Shown here piece by piece: positions 26,501-38,500 of a stretch of 64,000 nt of DNA. The notes beneath the pieces were generated by a model. That model was not told the origin of the DNA. It made no database searches and was given only the letters and a program-made list of their open reading frames with translations. Source of the stretch: Phoronis australis (taxonomy: Eukaryota; Animalia; Phoronida); the NCBI GenBank assembly GCA_002633005.1, contig NMRA01000248.1, positions 62,001 to 126,000 of the forward strand, in the 5' to 3' direction. Position numbers and translations under genes: made by a program. Positions within the stretch are counted from its first letter, which is position 1. Every line of letters begins with the position of its first letter.

Positions 26501-29500
26501 TAAATTTAGCTCCTCTGCAACTCATTTTATATTGCATTGTGTCGACTACAGGTGTGGGATAAGGAGATTGCGGCAGTTGCGCAGTCTTGGGCTGAAAACT
26601 GCAAGTTCGCTCATGACCAAGGTGCTCAAAGAGGGATTCCAGGTTTGTTCTTCTTTATTTACCTTACTTTTGACTTTCTTGCACCTGTTTCGTGAGAAAT
26701 TACGTAAGACTGCTAGACAGATTTTCACAATTTATGAATTTTGCTTATGCAGGAAATAATGAGAACAGCGCTGTCAAGAAATAATGTATAGAAAATAGGC
26801 CTACCTCATTAACTACCAGTTATGAGTTGTACTCATGGACTGCATTTTGCTCTGGTGTAATTCATTTATTTTCCGAAATAGTGGTGTGGAGCGTAAGACC
26901 AAATTTTTTACAAGTATTCCAATCCATTTTTCATAAATCAGACCCCTGAATAACGACAAAACTTTCGTGCAGACCGTTATCAAGTAACTGGTGTATCAAA
27001 TGATAGGATTTGGAGTAGTAAAGCCAGGATTCTTAAACAGGATCTCAAACGGGTACTAACACAATTTTTGTAAACCATGGTTTTGTTTTTCAATCCAGAT
27101 TTTCACCTATGAGGCTATATTTCTGCTAAAATGATAACTAAGAAAATAAAAAACGAAATTCCTGTTTTAGGTAAATACGGGACCGGCCAAAACATTGCCA
27201 TGGGAGCATTATACAACACCTGGCCAAAAGCGATCAAAGCTTGGTACGACGAGATCAAGGACTTCAGTTACGGTGGGAACGCTCCCCTGGGCAAGATAGG
27301 TCATTTCACACAGGTGAATTTTAACTTGGTTTTTGTAAATGTTAGTTCGAAACAAATAAAGTATCCATGCACATTGTTCAAAAAAAATTTGAATTGCCAA
27401 CCGACTGCCCAATGGTACCTTTACGGGTCGCATTTGTTTTTTATTGTGAAAGTTAGAAAAACATGAGATTTTCGTGTAAAGGCTATTTTTTGATACATCT
27501 AGGTGACATGGGCTAGCACCGTAAAGATTGGCTGTGGATTTGCGAATTGCAAAAACGTGAAAAACTACTACGTGTGCAACTATGGACCCGCGTGAGTACT
27601 CTGTATGTTTTAGTATATTGAATGCGAAGTACAGGCGTGCTGTTCGTGTAGTTCTTCGCCAGTTTAGAGAGATAACGCTATCGAAAGCTACATGTATTTA
27701 CTGCGTTAATTTCACCTGGAGGCTGGAATGTTGAAAATTCACTATTTGAGAAAATTTATATCTTCCAACTAAGTTCGTAATGGTAATTACTGACGTAATA
27801 CAAAGCCCTCACCAATTTTCTTAATTTGTTATTACAAACGTGCGAATAAAAACTTTGTTAGGAATTTTTAATTATTCACTTAGTTCGGGCGAAATCCTAA
27901 CAGCGCTTTTGAGACATAACGTGAAGTTTTCGTTTCTTGCACATGCAAAATTGACTTAAAATGTGGTCACGAGACAATAATAAAGACACAGTAGTAAAAA
28001 GCATATTTTTTAGAATCCTCGATCTTCCCCTTTAGAAAATATATACTTTAGATGGTTAGAATGCATAGTTTTTCGGTATTTGACTTAGAGTTCAGGTCGT
28101 TTATTTAGGACCTAGATAACCTTAAAAACTAGTACAAAATAGAAAACACACTCACCGTAAAATGGCATTTTATGAAATTTATAACCAAGTGGTCCGGTTG
28201 CATACCAAGGAATGAACTGTTCCAAATCGCGTGCACTTGGCTTGTAAATAGCACCTTCTATGAACTCGTGTGACAGGGAAATTCAACTTGTGAGGGGACT
28301 TTCGTGCGTGCACTTGTTATTGTTCACCAGTAATGTTAGTAATGATACATGGGCAGTGCACCATAGGGGGCTGGGAGGGCTATAGCCCCACCACATTTTT
28401 CAGTGCTACGCTGCCCTTGGTCTGTGGGCGCTGCACCACAGGGGAGCTGGGGGGCTATAGCCCCCACTTTCTTCAGTGCTGCGCCGCCCATGTATATAAT
28501 ACAAAAAATACAAAATATTAGCAATGCCTTGAACGGAACGTATTCAATATTGAATTTCATTTTCAGCGGGAACTCTAAACCCGTTAGCAAACCGTGGAAG
28601 CAAGGTTCCGCCGCTTGCAGCGATTGCCCCGATTCGTGTGAAGACGGACTTTGTGGTACGCAGGGGCTTCGAATCAATTTGTAACCACTTAACTAATCGT
28701 TGACACAATGCTCACTAGAATGTGCTGATGAAGGAATGCCTCTCTTTTCATGTGATTAGATTAGGAGCTAGAAGCAACTCTTCAGCTCTAGGGCAATGGG
28801 GGTGATAAGAGTTCCACGGCACTACTTCATAATGCAGGCACTGTTCGTGTTAGGGCCCTTTTTTCGCGAGGGCCACTGTGGTCTTCCTATAACATTACCT
28901 ACGGGAAAGTTACATTATTTAGAAGGTTTAACTTACATTTAAAGAATAAAATGTTGCTAAAGCACAGATATAGACCTTGTTCACGAAGCTGCCATTTTAA
29001 AAGTGAGCTTCTTCATAGTTGTAAAAAAAACAATGCTTTGGAGACATAAATATTAACGACGAGGCATGCGGAAAAAGCACTCTCTGCACAGTGATTAACC
29101 TCAGAATGCATTGTTTTTAAAGTCTAAAAAGAGGTTCACTTATAAAATGGCGACTGCGTGAATAAGGTTTATATCAATATTAAACAAGACTTGTTATAAC
29201 AGTGAATCCTCGTTTCAGATTGTAGTGGTATGACGTGTTACAATGGCGGTACAATCAACCCAGACACTTGTGTGTGCAAGTGTAAAGACAATACATACGA
29301 ACCTGAATATTGTAGACGTGAGTATACGGTCCCGCTGTTCCCAACATCAGTTCCAAACCCCACCGCGGTGCATGTGAATACGGACCAATCAGAGGCGGAT
29401 CTGGGACAGGATCAAAAATAAAAATTGAAAAAAAAAAATCACCAGAAAAACGAAATCAGCTACTAAAAACCCCAAAAATCTTACACGGGAGGGTGGAACC

Positions 29501-30475
29501 CCGGCCTTCCTGGCTTCCGCTCAGCGCTACGCTCCTCGGATTCGCTCGAATCCTAAACCCCCTTATTGAAAACGTAGATCTGTCACTGCCAATCTAAAGA
29601 GAAGTCGCCGTGTTCACCATCCTACTGTACCTGCATGTGAAATCCAACGAATGGGTGTCTTATTTTATCGATGCCGAGTTGCTCCATTGAATTAAGTCTA
29701 GGCCGGCAGAGGGATACTGAACTCCTTTGCACAGGGATCAATCTCAGTGAGGATGGAGTGTTTTAGGTGAAAATTAAGAAAACCTCCAATGACTTGAGAA
29801 CGAAGTAAAGATAGGAAATCGAGCCCATGACTTAAAGCGGTTGCAAACCTCTTTATTGCTTATCATGACCGACGCTTAAAATACCTGGCTCGTCAAACCC
29901 ATTTGTAGGGCCAGGTGTTAAGTACCTTATTTCCAAACCCATAAATCATATCTTAGTTAACTAAGGAACGCTTTGAGTCCAAATTCACATTGGTAGGTGA
30001 TATTCTGGTAGACTTTTGGTCACCCAATGTTACTATATGAGAAGATGGTTACATTAAAGCTTATGAATGACTACAAAATATGGTATCCGTGGCTTGTTGC
30101 CAACTATTGCTTCAGCTCCAATCATCTGCCCTACGTCACCGCTAGGTTAACAAACCATTAAGATTCGCCCATAAAAGCATCACTTCAAAACACCCTAGAC
30201 GTTGCCCACTCCTGGCAATATTCTTCCCGTCTTCGTCAACAAAACTGTTTCCATAATCCGTTTTAAGTTTCATCTCGTACCTACGGCATGACTTCTTTGA
30301 GCCCTTACCACGCGAAACGCATTCGATCAAACCCTATCTAAAATATCCATCTTTTACAGTTGATTGCTCGAAGGTAAAAGACAAGTTCTACTGTTCCATG
30401 TGGGGTTCCAGAGAATGCAGCATGTACTCCAACGCCCCTGCAGACTGTCCTCACTTGTGCAAAGTCTGCCCATAG
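23516..30475 (+). CDS. Cysteine-rich secretory CAP/SCP + EGF-like + ShKT-like protein, Tex31/Mr30-like; paralogue 2
   Basis: Exons 24596-24694, 25903-26000, 26552-26642, 27171-27313, 27503-27591, 28567-28655, 29219-29317 and 30360-30475 have the same sizes and phases as paralogue 1, all GT-AG. Candidate signal-peptide exon at 23516 (caccATG, MFGFSLLLLSG); its donor choice (23547 vs 23551) and join are uncertain. Confidence 0.92.
24814..25043. repeat. Diverged local tandem duplication, period ~132 bp
   Basis: aaatga..ctctaaactt..cctaattatcaaattttaa..cttacttga..ggcga.gtgtataaa occurs twice. Confidence 0.65.
25290..25733. repeat. Old dispersed repeat (~400-440 bp); second copy at ~39975-40373
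   Basis: Collinear shared words caaggcaaagcacgtc, acctttgatataaacaa, tgacttcaagcagc, ggaaatcgctt, atgataat and actctgt.g.gact. Confidence 0.7.
28348..28492. repeat. Degenerate GC-rich MITE-like element with an internal direct duplication
   Basis: gcaccatagggggctgggagggctatagcccc..ttcagtgct occurs twice; ends catgggc / gcccatg. Confidence 0.5.
28970..29172. mobile_element. MITE-like element with imperfect TIRs
   Basis: atagaccttgttcacgaagctgccattttaaaagtga ... tcacttataaaatggcgactgcgtgaataaggtttat form long imperfect inverted ends. Confidence 0.55.
29390..29588. mobile_element. Non-autonomous TIR DNA transposon with 5-bp TSD
   Basis: Ends cagaggcggatct / agatctgtcactg; TSD ccaat. Confidence 0.68.
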
Positions 30476-32543
30476 GAACAAAGACTTGATAAAAAGTGTG
30501 TTTCTTGAATTCACCTCATTCATATTTAAGTTTCAACAACCAGTGCCAACATTTTAGTCTTTCGTAGCCTTAACGAGTAGCTTGGTTTTTTCACAGCTCT
30601 AAGTCATGAGACAATCACGTTAAACCCTTTATATATTCTCTGGTACATAGAGTATTGTCTGAATTGGAATGAATGCCAGATGTTGCTAACCAAAAGGAGA
30701 CATTAAAAACATGGCCACTGTACACAGGAAAGCTATTAACATTTCCATTTAACTGACGAGGAGTCATTTCAACTTCAGAGTTAAACCATTTAACTTCAAA
30801 AAAACATTTTTAGGAACTTAAAAATGCCCAATCTCAGCCAGATGCCATTACTCGTCGTTACTTTACCAGGCCTTTGCCTCACTTAAGAGATTGTTGCTAT
30901 TGGTGATGTGTAACTCTTAATCTATTTCAGACGAGAATGAAGTTATGATGGCGCGGTCATCAATATGAAGAAACGGTTCTTGAGGTGGCGGGGTTTAGAT
31001 ATCTTTGCAGCAGCGTTTTTTACAGGAAATTTTACCGGCATACCTAACGAAAAAGACAACATTAATTGTATTATGCAAAATCCTCATAACGCTAACTGCT
31101 ATTAAACGTGAACAATTGAAGGCAAGGGATAGTAAAATAAAATAAAATAAAATAAAATTAAATAAAAAGTACGACTTGTGTTGCTTCTATATACACGTAT
31201 TTCTACTTCACAAGGACTCAGACAACTTAAAAATCATCAAAGTACAGCTGGGTTACGATAACACTCTTTGCCACGTTAAACAAGTTGAAATTGTGGATCA
31301 CTTTCTCTTGACGAGTGAAAAAAAAACTTTATCAGGCTGCCATAAAAAGAATAAGCAAGATACATTGTTACAGGGTATTTGGAAATACATGCAACCCATG
31401 ACACTGCTAACAATACTCTCAGGATTTATGTCTTCTAATTTTTCTAATTTAAAGAGAGAATGCCAAACCAACTAAAACTATGAGCCAAAATGCTTTCAGA
31501 AAGAAAGAAAGGACATTTCTGGATTATTTGAAATTGAAGTCGTTAAAAACAGTAGCACAAGCATAATTTTGCGAAATGTCAACTTTAACAACTGTTTCTT
31601 GAAACGCCAATTTTATTGGACAAGTTTCAAGAAACAGGACCAGTAAACAACCTCACAGATAAACTCAAGACGATGGTTCGTGTTCAAGTCATATCGAAAC
31701 GTTTTTTGTTCCCATGTTTCTGTGTTGCCAATAAAAGGTTTGTCTGTTTGCACTGCTTCCTTTTTCATCTTTGATTCGTAAAATATTCACATTTATTAGT
31801 ATAGTACCACTGGTACGATTCTGATGTCTGAAATGTACGAATTAGAAAACCGGTCACGTGAATGGTACTTTTACTGACTTTTCTACAACCGTGTTTTGCA
31901 GCTAAAGCATGATCATTGTTCTTCTAAATCACATGTGTGGTTGCACGCGTGAAGCCACCAAGCGGTCTACTATGAGATAGCTCCTGATTCCGTGGCTAGT
32001 CCAGCTTCAGCTGACGTACAGAGTGGCGCATCCTTAAGTGGTACGAAACCAGTAACCAACCCCTAGATGACATCAGCTGAGAGCATGTTACGATGTGCCG
32101 GTGGTTCGAAAACAAAGTCGATCAACGTTTTGACAATGTTTTTGCTCAGCGATGAAGTACGCTTTGTTCTTTGGAAGTATCTATGCAAGAACAGCGTGTG
32201 AAAGGCCAGACAAGTCGCGGTTGATGTGCTTTGAAAGTCCTTTTATTCTACTAAGTGACCTTCTCCCACCAGATTCGTGTCGCCAAGGAGGAATAGTGGG
32301 TTACTGTGACTGGCAACCTTCGTCACCTGCCTCATTGAAGTTCAAAGGAAGTCCAACTGCAGCCATTTTAAAGGGGTTTTAAGCCAGAAACTTCACATGT
32401 TTGGTTTTGCAATAGATATGAAGGCGGCTTCCAGAAAACACATTTCTCTATGGGTTTCTTGTATGAGTAAAAACCGTTGATATGTTAACGAGTTGTATCT
32501 ATTTTGAGACACCCTGTGTATTAAACGACTGGACAAGTTTTCG

Positions 32544-35500
32544 TCACACTCGTTGAATCGCTGCCTTTATCGGCTCTTCTGTGTCGAAACTCTCTCCTTC
32601 ACTAGAGTCACTTGAGGACGACGACGAAGACCACATCCTTACTGGAGCAGCAGATGTCTCGTACACAGTCGGCCTCCGCGGCACCAAATTCACACTTTGG
32701 CTTGCCCGTCGTCGGATGTTAACCTCATAATCGTATTCAGAGTCTGAAGTTGGCGGTTCGTCCACGTACTGATATCCATAGTCTAGCGATTCATAGCTTG
32801 AGTCTGACTCTCTTTCCATTTCGTCTAGTTCATTTTGCACTTTCACCCTCATTTCTTCGTCACTCGAATCTCTGTAGTAAAGTTTATGAAAGTACAAGAG
32901 CTACAGCTTAATTTAAAGTCTTAGAGGAACACAACTACTCTCAAAATGGTGAGCATTAACAGCTTTTTGAAATACGTGGATCACACGTACGTGCCGAGGC
33001 GAAGAGTTTTCTTTCATTCGCGAATAGTTTAACAAGCTATCAATTTCTAGCAGTGTACAAAACACCACGTTACGTATCGGTAAGTCTAAAGTCAATAAAA
33101 ATGAATACCTTGTCGGTCCTTGAATGCTAAATGCTAACATGAATATTGACGCTTGTCGTGGGCTAACACCGGCCGTGCTAGGAATATTAACATCTAATAT
33201 CAAAAAATGGTAATCTTTGAAACTATAACTTTCCCCAACTTGAGACGGCGCCTTTACCTTAGGAAATGCAATAATGCTTTTCATCCAAGCACTCCTATTC
33301 AGAACAAACGATCGAGTGTGTAAATTACTAGAAAGATTAGTACGTTTCACGTCTGAGGTTACCTTTCCTCGCTGAAATCTGACGCATCCCCATAGTCCAC
33401 AGGGCTCATACATGCAGAGCAGATGTTCTGAATGTCAGTGAAACAGTCCATGCAGTATATGGCTAGAATGTATCATATTTTGAATGTTTCTAATTCAGAG
33501 CCAGGGAAAAAGACAGGCATCAGACGTGTTAATTCATAAACATTACAACGAGCAAACAACAATGAAATCATAGCAGATATATTCATCAAACGTTTTCGCC
33601 GATTCTGTATAACGGCCAAATTTAAGCAAGCGTCAAAATGATAAAATATGAAGGTGCCCAAAGTTGTACTAAAAGTATTACGTAACAAAATAATAACGGG
33701 GGCACGGCCCCACGATGGACCAAGACGTAAATTTACTGGACGACTCCTTTTAGGCACAATTATAATAGCGACTGTCAGCGGTACCTCCACATTCTTTATT
33801 GTAGCACTGAATAAAGTTCTCCCAATCTTCTTTTTCTCCTGGTTTTCCACAGCTCAGACAAAACTTTCTATCGTAGCCCATCCATTTTAATATTTTCCGA
33901 AACAATGGACTCCTGCAATAAACCTTAGGGACTGGAACTTTTGTAGCAGTATTTCAACTTCTGAAATGAAGTTAGATGTAGGCTCACTCTTATCGGCATA
34001 ATGCTTGTATATGATACAAAATACGCAAAAAAGTTGTTTACAGAGTAAATATATCTCAGTGCACTACATGTATATTCCACCAAACTAAGATATAAGCTGG
34101 TTTGGGGTGAAGACAAGATGAACATGCTCCTTCGGATGTCGCAAAAAGCAACAAGTTCTAGGCGATGGGCAAACCTTAAACTTTTCAACTCCGGAAACTA
34201 GTTGGCAACATTCCACAACATCCTAGACCCGACAGTGTGACTGCTGAACTTGTCCAGTTTTTTGATAACGTACAGCTTAACATGAACGTCATACGATGTC
34301 GCAATTCTCAATCGCTTCGTTTTGGTGTAAAGAATTACGTATTTGACGCGACTGCTAAGCGTCCATGACAGAATGATGCACAGATTAATAAAGAAAAACA
34401 TATCTTTAGAAGTTGTAAATGGCGGACAGAAACAAGCTGCCAACGACTTGTCGGTCCAAAGCAACTAACGTGGCTGCCAGCCTGGACTGGAATGATCGTT
34501 CTTCTTCCTCGGGTTCTTGTATGAACTGTTGCCGGATCATTCGCCTCGCGTATTTCAAGAAACCGCCCCGTCTATGAAGAATTTGGTTGTACAGCCAAAC
34601 GGCTCGCACGCGCTCACGGTATGGATAGTAGCACGCACAGATCTGATGACGTAATCGGAGACCGTAGGCCTCCGTGAATAGCAGGAATAAAGTGATCCCA
34701 AATATGATTGCTGGAAATAATTGTAATAAAGGTAATAAAGGTAATGATAATAAAAATGATAATGATGATGATGATTATGATGGTGGGGGTGAAGGTGAGG
34801 AAGATAACAATGCCGATGATAACAATACTACTACTACTGCTGCTGCTACTTCTACTACTAATAATAATAACAATAACAATAAAAACATCAACAACAACAA
34901 CAACAAAACAACAACAACAATTATAACAATAACAATAATAGTAATAATAATAGTAATAGCAATAGCAATAGTAATATCATTAATAATAACTTTAAGGATA
35001 ATGATGAGGATAACAAAAACAATAACAACAACAACACTAGCGACAATGACAATGGCAATGACGATGACAATAATAGTACGAAAATGATAGTAAAATACCA
35101 TTACAAAGAACAAAGAATTTGGTTTCTTCGAACAAACTTACGCATGCGTAGGAACTGGGAAGCATACAGTTTTTACTGAATTAATAACACTTCTTCCAGA
35201 AACCGTTCAAAACTGTGCTATACTGACGAAGGTTTCAAAAACCAGCCCAAGGTAAAAGTTGTCGGTGCCATTTTCCAATAGGTTACGGAAATTGTAACAG
35301 AATTAGTTATGGTTGCAAATGTTCTCTTGCACAGTTTACAGACCAAAAGCGGAAGTGTGTGCATTTCGAAGGTACTTATGCTCTTTCTCAAGATGATGAG
35401 TGGAAGTACACCTTGCTGTGGCGTATATTGTAGCACTGGACACATATTATCGACCGTGCGACAATATGTGGCGAGTGCCACAATATGTATCACAACCGAT

Positions 35501-38500
35501 ACTTACTTGAGTTAAGGGGTATTACATTGCATGTCGAACAATAGAGGTGGAAAAGGCAACAGGCTTGTTCATATCCAGATAAAACTTATACCTTATTCAA
35601 GAACATCAACTTAATTTACCTATCTGTTCGTATGTAGCATAATCTGGTATCGAAGGATTTGGAAGGCATTCCCTATAATTTGCGACAGACTTTGGCGCAC
35701 GGCGCATAGGATCAAACGTAGTTATCAACTCCCTGTACATGTCTGCCATAACCGAGTCTCCATTCACATGCATTTTCAAATGGCTTGGAACTGGAATATC
35801 AAAAGGAAATACATTACACAGAAATGTATTTAAGAGCCCTGAAACGCGAAAAACAAACCGTAAATTGCATAACTGAAAGTGGTTCTCTAGCATTCAAACA
35901 TAGTTCAACCTGTTCATTAAGTATTTTACAGTCCATTCGTATATCGATGTCAAGCTATTTTTCTTTTTGTTTCAAATTTCAGAAATAGTTCAGTCATTCT
36001 ACGGATAACCCGGAAAAAATTGCAACAGATTTTATTGCATAAATCGTATCCTTTCACACCCCATATTGGGAAAAAAGTCTACCGGAATCGGAGTGGCGAA
36101 AGTTGGTTTTTCAAGATGGCGGACAAAATGGCACCAGATTTTCTGATACGCACTATAACTCAAGAGTGGAATGTGATAGAGTAAAAATTCAAAAAGGTTT
36201 ACTTATGTTTTGTGGGTCAACAAATCCATTGGAAATGGTTTTACATGGCTGTGGTGACACCGTCCGCCATTTTCCAAGATGGCCGCCAAATCTACTTGAG
36301 TCGCACAACACGAACAGATTAGTGTGTCGTCTTGCTTCAAACATCGCATCATAGGTTTTCTGGGTCGACTAATCCATTGAGACTCATTGCATTTGGCACT
36401 AATGATTACTTCCACCATTTCCAAGATGGCGGACAAAATGGCCGCCAGATTTGCAGATGATCATTATAACTCGAGAGTGGAATGNNNNGCGGTACCTCCA
36501 CATTCTTTATTGTAGCACTGAATAAAGTTCTCCCAATCTTCTTTTTCTCCTGGTTTTCCACAGCTCAGACAAAACTTTCTATCGTAGCCCATCCATTTTA
36601 ATATTTTCCGAAACAATGGACTCCTGCAATAAACCTTAGGGACTGGAACTTTTGTAGCAGTATTTCAACTTCTGAAATGAAGTTAGATGTAGGCTCACTC
36701 TTATCGGCATAATGCTTGTATATGATACAAAATACGCAAAAAAGTTGTTTACAGAGTAAATATATCTCAGTGCACTACATGTATATTCCACCAAACTAAG
36801 ATATAAGCTGGTTTGGGGTGAAGACAAGATGAACATGCTCCTTCGGATGTCGCAAAAAGCAACAAGTTCTAGGCGATGGGCAAACCTTAAACTTTTCAAC
36901 TCCGGAAACTAGTTGGCAACATTCCACAACATCCTAGACCCGACAGTGTGACTGCTGAACTTGTCCAGTTTTTTGATAACGTACAGCTTAACATGAACGT
37001 CATACGATGTCGCAATTCTCAATCGCTTCGTTTTGGTGTAAAGAATTACGTATTTGACGCGACTGCTAAGCGTCCATGACAGAATGATGCACAGATTAAT
37101 AAAGAAAAACATATCTTTAGAAGTTGTAAATGGCGGACAGAAACAAGCTGCCAACGACTTGTCGGTCCAAAGCAACTAACGTGGCTGCCAGCCTGGACTG
37201 GAATGATCGTTCTTCTTCCTCGGGTTCTTGTATGAACTGTTGCCGGATCATTCGCCTCGCGTATTTCAAGAAACCGCCCCGTCTATGAAGAATTTGGTTG
37301 TACAGCCAAACGGCTCGCACGCGCTCACGGTATGGATAGTAGCAAGCACAGATCTGATGACGTAATCGGAGACCGTAAGCCTCCGTGAAAAGCAGGAATA
37401 AAGTGATCCCAAATATGATTGCTGGAAATAATTGTAATAAAGGTAATAAAGGTAATGATAATAAAAATGATAATGATGATGATGATTATGATGGTGGGGG
37501 TGAAGGTGAGGAAGATAACAATGCCGATGATAATAACAATACTACTACTACTACTACTGCTGCTGCTACTTCTACTACTACTAATAATAACAATAACAAT
37601 AAAAACATCAACAACAACAACAAAACAACAACAACAACAATTATAACAATTACAATAATAGTAATAATAATAGTAATAGCAATACCAATAGTAATATCAG
37701 TAATAATAACTTTAAGGATAATGATGAGGATAACAAAAACAATAACAACTAGAAAGATTATTGTCACGGCGTGACAATAACGGACTCTGCGCGTGCGTAT
37801 TACTGGAATTATTATGGGAAGTTACTGACAGCAACCCGTTTACCAATATGAAAAGGAATTCTTTAAAATCGTAAGAGAAATAACATATTAATTTTTTGAT
37901 GACCTTTCCACTAATTGACCTCTTCCGGTGCATTATGAGCCCCGATGAGCGAGTAATTGTTAACTCGATTAAAAGTGTGGTTAATGCTAATAATGCCACA
38001 TGTTTTACTTTAAGCACTTCAGAATACAAGATGAATGAAGTGGTCAAACTTTCTGAAGAAAAATGCACCTAATGACACCATGGGTGCACCAAATGACCTG
38101 AAAATTTAGAATTCAAACTCAATCGCACTTAGTAAACAGATACGTAATTCTGAAGTCTCTAGCACAAAATTTTAGTTTGCACTGAATGACCTTTGACCTA
38201 TTTTTCTGATTGGTTAGGCCTATTGCAAAGTAAAGTAGGGTATTCATTTGGCATGTTGAATTACAACAGTGTGCTGAAATTGAAAAGAATTCCTTGAAAA
38301 ACGTAAGAGATATGACATTTTGAACGTTACATGACCTTTGTACTAATTGACCTTATCCCGTGCGTTTTAAGTATCTTTAGGAGAATTATTGCAAAGCCCA
38401 TAGAAAATGTGTTTAACGCTGAGAATCACAGTTGTCTAACGGTTGACACATCAGAAAACTTGCTGATTGAAAAGGTCAAATTTTCAGAAGAAAAATGCAC

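Noticed and set aside
32913-33850. 166-aa and 125-aa minus-strand ORFs
   Set aside because: They are off-frame overlaps of DCST2 exons plus intron sequence, with no recognisable domain.
34674-35113. ORFs of 70-137 aa rich in N/T/I/L/V (also 37385-37774 and 38764-39086)
   Set aside because: They are translations of an intronic trinucleotide microsatellite, open in several frames at once.
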